A DNA stretch of 29,714 bases from NCBI GenBank assembly GCA_011391345.1, contig JAABQR010000114.1, positions 1 to 29,714 on the forward strand, read 5' to 3'. The notes below the pieces were generated by a model. The model saw only the letters and a program-made list of their open reading frames with translations. It searched no databases and was not told where the DNA came from. The translations under genes were made by a program, and so were the position numbers. Shown here one piece after another: positions 25,701 to 29,714 of this stretch. Position 1 is the stretch's first letter. Each line of letters begins with the position of its first letter. This DNA comes from Methanobacteriota archaeon (GTDB lineage: Archaea > Thermoplasmatota > Thermoplasmata > UBA10834).

Positions 25701-26111
25701 TTCTCGAACGGTGTGCTCGGCCTTCAGCTGGAGGGTGTCCAGGTAGAGGTCGACTTGCCTGGACTCGAGGTCTACGCAGACCCGATGTTCGAGAGGGTCT
25801 TCAGGAACCTCGCCGACAACTCCATCAGGCACGGCGAGAAGCTCTCCAGGATGAAGGTCACACAGCGGTCGGAGGGCAACGAACTGATCCTGACATACGA
25901 GGATGACGGCGTTGGCATCCCTGAGGATATTAAGGACAGGATATTCGAGAAGGGTTTTGGGAAACACACCGGGTTCGGCCTCTTCATGGCCCGCCAGGTG
26001 CTGGGCCTGACAGGCCTGTCCATCCAAGAGACTGGAACGCAGGGGTCGGGCGTCAGGTTCGAGATACGCGTCCCCGAAGGCGCCTATAGGTATTCCCCAG
26101 CCAAGGGTTAA
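22755..26111 (+). CDS. Hybrid sensor histidine kinase: receiver + six PAS domains + HisKA/HATPase
   Basis: LLVDDD, VSDYLMP receiver; six PAS/PAC units; H-box RHDITNQL, N-box NLADNSIRHG, G1 EDDGVGI, G2 GFGL; no TM segment seen; exact start uncertain. Confidence 0.95.
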   Translation: MHGIVGGSVPIRALLVDDDVAYLEVLSFFLEREGSIESETATSARAALDLLSKKEYDAIVSDYLMPDMDGLELLKIVRLQGKDVPFIMLTGRGREDVAIQALNSGADFYIQKGGDPKAQYTDLSNMIKRSAQQRRAERSVREGERFLKGLFLSIQDGVTVLNKDLVIEMVNPTIEKWYAESMPLVGKKCYEAYRGRSEPCDVCPTLKTVRTGRMANERIKKGGVSDGNEGWLDVYSFPILNEATGEVERVIEYLRDVTEEESAKASLRDSERKYRMLVDLANEGILAIESGGTIGFVNPRMAEMLGCEVEDLIGKHIRSIVDATWAESVGSAKLHRALDGGERFELVLARKDGSTVNVIVAASPLSAGSGLFQGAMAVVTEITEIKAVMESLASSEEKFAKIFQDSPQLIMIARTSDSTILEVNDSFTRVTGYRRDQLLGKNPVELGIFSKELVVRFEESFGNEGTIRDLEVPIGTVTGEPHLVRVSGHRMMLQGEQCTVLVSCDISADVVGMNVLRRERDVLKAILESNPDGIVITDLDGNVVECNLALLTLLGNVSKEQFIGRNVFTQLKEIDAAKAKRVGAKLMSEGLVRNISFELAREDGIKVHADVSAVVVKDQLRKPLYLIGIVRDVTDQVRHEAELEDALEDRRQLVSIINQSPAVAFLWRAAPGWPVDYVSENVRQFGYEAGELTSDVVRFASIVHPDDLERIVTEVQTHVKDGRSEFEQEYRLVSPDGKVHWVYDRTLVIRDRTGAVDSYQGIVVDITDRKDVLEKLSRAERQLKMFMDMSPVVKFMKGRDGRYVYVNKAYQEVFGITPDEWIGKTDRELFPSEVAERLMATDRKVFESGKFHASLEVIPREDGLREFLTYRFLVPSITGGEDLLAGVAIDLTEERRYERALKAANEKLTLLGSMTRHDITNQLAVLAGWLDITRDDVKDPVIIKRFDDMKAAADTIQRLLMFTSEYQDLGLQEPVWIPAAEAFSNGVLGLQLEGVQVEVDLPGLEVYADPMFERVFRNLADNSIRHGEKLSRMKVTQRSEGNELILTYEDDGVGIPEDIKDRIFEKGFGKHTGFGLFMARQVLGLTGLSIQETGTQGSGVRFEIRVPEGAYRYSPAKG

Positions 26112-26143
26112 TTATCCTCAGGTGTTCTGGTCCTACGAGCACC

Positions 26144-26821
26144 ATGACAGGAGGAGATGACGGTCCTCGGGCCGGGGTCATGCAGCGTATCAGGACTCAT
26201 CGCAGGGTCGTCGAGGCCGAGGCGTCATGGGTCTCCTGCACTGTCCTGTTCTTCTGCACGGTGTACGTCGTCCTCGACAGGGATGTCCTGTGGTCGGCGT
26301 TCGGAGTCGCTGCCCTCTCTCTATACATCCTCCCAATCGTGTCGAAGTGGGATCCGTTCCAGGCGCTTCCTTGGGAGATGACGCTGTTGTTGTCCTCCCC
26401 CATAGTCCTGCACATATCCGAGGGCTCTCGCGCGCTGAGTGGCAGCATCGATTGGTGGGACAACATCACATCAATCTCGTTCGCTCTCTCCTTCGCGACC
26501 ATAGGATTCCTCCTGACCTTGGAACTGCACATGTACACCGATGTGAGGATGAACAGGTCATTCTCGATCTTCTTCGTGATCATGTTCACGGTGGCTATCT
26601 CGGGTTTCTGGCAGACCGGGGAGTATCTGAGCGACGTCTTGGTCGGCACTGACCACCTCTCCTCCAACTCTCAGGTCATGACTGAGTTCCTCTGGGCGAC
26701 TGTCGGCGGCCTGGTGATGGGCTTCGTGTACGGAGCGTACATCAAGGCCATGCCGTGGTCCAGGCGCGAAGTCCTCGGCCTCATACACTTCTGGGAGGTG
26801 CCTGGATGGAAAAAAGGCTGA
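26144..26821 (+). CDS. Hypothetical multi-pass membrane protein, paralog of the downstream gene
   Basis: About six hydrophobic segments; alignable by eye to 26806-27435. Confidence 0.8.
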   Translation: MTGGDDGPRAGVMQRIRTHRRVVEAEASWVSCTVLFFCTVYVVLDRDVLWSAFGVAALSLYILPIVSKWDPFQALPWEMTLLLSSPIVLHISEGSRALSGSIDWWDNITSISFALSFATIGFLLTLELHMYTDVRMNRSFSIFFVIMFTVAISGFWQTGEYLSDVLVGTDHLSSNSQVMTEFLWATVGGLVMGFVYGAYIKAMPWSRREVLGLIHFWEVPGWKKG

Positions 26822-27435
26822 GGCTCATATCCAGGATGATGCAGGCCGGCATGGCATCGGTCGCCATTGCTGGCGTTGTGACGGAGAACCTCACATGGGT
26901 CCCGGTAGCCGTGGTCTCGTTGGTGGTCTCCGCGGTACCTTCCCTTCTCAGGCGCGACCTCCACCTGGTCCTCCCTGTCGAGTTGAACCTGTGGATAGTC
27001 CTCGCCTTGTTCCTGCACGTCATAGGGGGTTTCTCAGGGTTCTACGACAACCTTCCTGGTTGGGACCACCTGACGCATGCGATGTCTTCCTCTCTCATAG
27101 CCGCGCTGGGATTCGTGACCGTCGTCGCATTGGACAAGTATGTCGAATCGATCTACCTTCCGGGGTCCTTCCTCGCCTTCATCATCGTCATGTTCACGAT
27201 GGCCATGGGGGTATCCTGGGAAGTGATGGAGTATGTCGTCGACGAGGTGACTGGGAGCAATATGCAGTACTCCCTCTCCGATACCATGGTGGACCTTCTG
27301 TTCGACGCCTTCGCAGGTTTCCTCGTAGCGGCCTACGGGGCATACTACCTGAGGCATACATCCTCAGACCACTTCGTGGAGTCCCTCCAGCTCGTGGAGG
27401 CCAAAGCGAAGATCGAGGCCGTCATCAGGAGATAG
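26806..27435 (+). CDS. Hypothetical multi-pass membrane protein (DUF2238/VanZ-like motifs)
   Basis: ATG 26806 after GGAGGTG; WDHLTH, WEVMEY, DTMVDL motifs; family name recalled, not searched. Confidence 0.8.
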   Translation: MEKRLRLISRMMQAGMASVAIAGVVTENLTWVPVAVVSLVVSAVPSLLRRDLHLVLPVELNLWIVLALFLHVIGGFSGFYDNLPGWDHLTHAMSSSLIAALGFVTVVALDKYVESIYLPGSFLAFIIVMFTMAMGVSWEVMEYVVDEVTGSNMQYSLSDTMVDLLFDAFAGFLVAAYGAYYLRHTSSDHFVESLQLVEAKAKIEAVIRR

Positions 27436-27446
27436 GGGCGGACCGG

Positions 27447-28064
27447 TCAAAGAGGAGCGACTCCCTGACGGATCATATCCTCCGCCTTCCTGAGGTCCTC
27501 CTTGGAGTTGACATTCCAGAAGCTGAGCAGCTGGTCGTCCACCTCCCTGAGTTCCGTCTCCTCCACCCTGCAGATATCCATGTGTCCAAGGGCGTTACTG
27601 ACCTTGCCGACCCCTGTCTCAAGCTCATGCGCGAAGCGCCTCAGGCCTGCTTCCCGTCTGTAGACTGCCACGAGTGGTTCGAGGAAGCCGCCTACGACCG
27701 GCACCGCCCCATCCCTCCCGGCAGCCCTGCGCGCAAGTAGCTCCAGAACCTCGGTCCGCACGAGCGGGACATCGCAAGGCACGACCGCCACGTATGTCTG
27801 TTCAGCCTTTCCGAACGCGTTTGACAGTCCTTCAAGTGGCCCTCTGCCGGAGGTGCGGTCCTCGACGGTCCTGACGCCGTGGCCGAGCGACCGTCGATAT
27901 GTGGGTCCGCAACCCGCGCCGACCGCGACGATGATGTCGTCAGTGACGCCCGAGAGTGCGCGGAGCACATGTAGCAGCATGGGCATGTCGCCGACCTCGA
28001 CAAGGCCCTTGTCTCCGCCCATGCGGCTCCCCTTCCCGCCGGCCAGGATGACTCCCGAGAGCAT
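27447..28064 (-). CDS. mobA: Molybdenum cofactor guanylyltransferase (MobA-like NTP transferase)
   Basis: ILAGGKGSRMGGDK, GPLEGL, PCDVP, EPLVAVY, FWNVNSKED. Confidence 0.88.
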   Translation of the reverse strand: MLSGVILAGGKGSRMGGDKGLVEVGDMPMLLHVLRALSGVTDDIIVAVGAGCGPTYRRSLGHGVRTVEDRTSGRGPLEGLSNAFGKAEQTYVAVVPCDVPLVRTEVLELLARRAAGRDGAVPVVGGFLEPLVAVYRREAGLRRFAHELETGVGKVSNALGHMDICRVEETELREVDDQLLSFWNVNSKEDLRKAEDMIRQGVAPL

Positions 28065-28184
28065 GTCGACCGGTATCCAGGTGACATGTAATCAACCTAT
28101 CCCGAGGGTGCGTGCATGCCGGAGCCAGTTAGCCAAAAGATATTACTACCAAGGACCTGTTCCGAACACTGGACGGTGCCCGTC

Positions 28185-29231
28185 ATGACGAAGATCACGA
28201 TGGCCCAGGGGGCAGGCGGCGAACGCATGCAGGAGTTCATACGCGAGTTCGTCCTCAACGAACTCGATCACGATTTCGGAGAGATCCCTTTGGGGGCGCT
28301 CGACGATGCTGCCATAGTGGACGGAATCGTCTTCACGACGGACACCTACACGGTCAAGCCACTGTTCTTCCCAGGTGGGGACATAGGACGCCTGGCGGTT
28401 GCAGGCACGGTCAACGACCTGTCCGTCATGGGCGCGACCCCAGTCGCCCTGTCCTGCGCCATGGTCATACAGGAGGGCTTCTCGACCGATGAACTGCACA
28501 CGATCATGCGGAGCCTCAACTCCACGGCCAGGTCAGCTGGCGTCAGGATAGTCACGGGCGACACCAAGGTCGTGGAGAAGGCCGCCATCGACGGTCTGTT
28601 CATAAACACGAGCGGGATCGGGAGGCGATCGCCCCACCTGGACCACAACATCGCGGAGATCAGGAAGTCCAGGGCGTTCAAGTGGGAATGGCCGAACGAC
28701 TCAGGGGTCTCGGACAAGGACGTCATAATCGCGTCTGGCCCCATCGGGAACCACGGCGTCGCCCTCCTGTCCTTCAGGGAGGGGTATGGCTTCGACACCG
28801 TGGTCAAGAGCGACGCAGCCCCGTTGAACCACATGATCGCTGAGGCGTTGAAGGTGGGCGGGGTCACATCCATGAAGGACCCCACAAGAGGCGGTCTCGC
28901 CAACCTTCTGAACGAGTGGTCGGAGAAATCCTCGGTCGGCATCAGCGTCAGGGAGGAGGCCATCCCCATGGACGAGGCGGTCATCGCGGCCTGCGAGATG
29001 CTCGGGATAGACCCGTTCGAGATAGGCAACGAGGGCAAGGTCATCATGGCCGTCGTGCCCGAGAAGGCCGAAGAGGTCCTGAAGGCGGTGAGGTCGGTCC
29101 CGGAGGGCGCCAGGGCGAGCATCATCGGCGAGGCGACGGCCGGCGTCAGAGGCGTGCTCATGGAGACACACACCGGCGGCAAAAGGGTCATGGAGCCCCC
29201 GGTCGGGGACCCTGTGCCCAGGATCTGCTAG
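28185..29231 (+). CDS. hypE: Hydrogenase maturation carbamoyl dehydratase
   Basis: Probable ATG 28185; DDAA, TTDTYTVKPLFFPGGDIGRLAVAGTVNDL, GDTKVV, MKDPTRGG, NEGK, C-terminal PRIC. Confidence 0.96.
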   Translation: MTKITMAQGAGGERMQEFIREFVLNELDHDFGEIPLGALDDAAIVDGIVFTTDTYTVKPLFFPGGDIGRLAVAGTVNDLSVMGATPVALSCAMVIQEGFSTDELHTIMRSLNSTARSAGVRIVTGDTKVVEKAAIDGLFINTSGIGRRSPHLDHNIAEIRKSRAFKWEWPNDSGVSDKDVIIASGPIGNHGVALLSFREGYGFDTVVKSDAAPLNHMIAEALKVGGVTSMKDPTRGGLANLLNEWSEKSSVGISVREEAIPMDEAVIAACEMLGIDPFEIGNEGKVIMAVVPEKAEEVLKAVRSVPEGARASIIGEATAGVRGVLMETHTGGKRVMEPPVGDPVPRIC

Positions 29232-29698
29232 CCATTCCGTCGTATGAGGTCGCGCTCTATCATGTCCACGATGGCCGGCAGGCTGGCCGACACCTTCGGT
29301 GTCAGTCCCTCGTGGAAGTTATCGACGTCCTCCGCCTCAATCGCGACAAAGAGGATCTCCTTCGGCATCCTCTCCGGCACGACCTGCCTCCCCATGGCGA
29401 GGGCGGTCGCGATGTTGAACCCGTGCGGGGAGGTCCCGTGCACGGTCCTCTTGAAGTCCTCCTCGGCCATGATGTAATGGTCCCCCGGGGAGCCGTCCTT
29501 CGTCTGTATCGCGTCGACTATCACGACCTTGTCGTAGTCCAGGACCATGTCGAGCAGCTCGAGCCCGCTCGCGGGTAGCTCCTCTATCGAAACCCCTTCT
29601 ATCCCGCGCTCCATGAGCATCCTCGCGGCGTATATCCCGACGCCGTCGTCCGACAGTATGGGGTTTCCGACGCCAACGACGAGGGTTCTCATTGTCAC
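29228..29698 (-). CDS. [NiFe]-hydrogenase maturation endopeptidase (HyaD/HycI family)
   Basis: VVGVGNPILSDDGVG, IVDAI, SPHG, AIEAE; probable GTG start at 29698 six nt after GAGGTG (alternatively ATG 29692). Confidence 0.93.
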   Translation of the reverse strand: MTMRTLVVGVGNPILSDDGVGIYAARMLMERGIEGVSIEELPASGLELLDMVLDYDKVVIVDAIQTKDGSPGDHYIMAEEDFKRTVHGTSPHGFNIATALAMGRQVVPERMPKEILFVAIEAEDVDNFHEGLTPKVSASLPAIVDMIERDLIRRNG

Positions 29699-29714
29699 GG
29701 GTAGCACCTCATGG

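Noticed and set aside
16183-26111. Integrated element at the 3' end of tRNA-Glu or tRNA-Ser
   Set aside because: No integrase, transposase or duplicated tRNA 3' end (att site) was seen in the window.
28185-28220. HypE N-terminus MAQGAGG instead of the usual HG-x-GG
   Set aside because: The ATP-binding motifs and terminal PRIC are intact; probably a tolerated variant.
1-29714. CRISPR arrays, IS elements, rRNA, and in-frame UAG/UGA recoding (Pyl/Sec)
   Set aside because: No regularly spaced repeats, transposase-like ORFs, rRNA-like sequence or genes interrupted by in-frame stops were found; nearly all sequence is accounted for by intact genes.

Overview
Archaeal chromosomal window of roughly 60% GC by eye. 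Archaeal origin is shown by Sec61beta, CDC48/VAT, TATA-type promoters and tRNAs with bulge-helix-bulge introns; a Thermoplasmatota-like anaerobic peptide fermenter is an inference. Contents in order: partial CDC48; a 2-oxoacid:ferredoxin oxidoreductase operon with fused gamma-delta subunit; tandem GNAT plus class II lysS; stand-alone receiver protein; Sec61beta (missed by the ORF track); a complete, tightly overlapped his operon (G-D-C-H-A-B-F-IE plus a PHP phosphatase); NikR; divergent secreted clostripain and M28/PA peptidases; intron-containing tRNA-Glu(CTC); a 101-aa secreted Tyr-alternating protein; nadE divergent from a glutaminase-like nitrilase; intron-containing tRNA-Ser(GGA); a REC-6xPAS histidine kinase; two paralogous membrane proteins; mobA; hypE; and a hydrogenase maturation protease. 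No mobile element or CRISPR array was seen. Best leads: a possible split Gln-dependent NAD synthetase, the small secreted protein and its structured upstream region, a recurring AAACCCCTTRAC motif 22-26 nt after stop codons, a candidate his-operon attenuator, the PHP gene as the missing histidinol phosphatase, and an apparently active/degenerate membrane protein pair. All calls come from manual reading; no searches were run.
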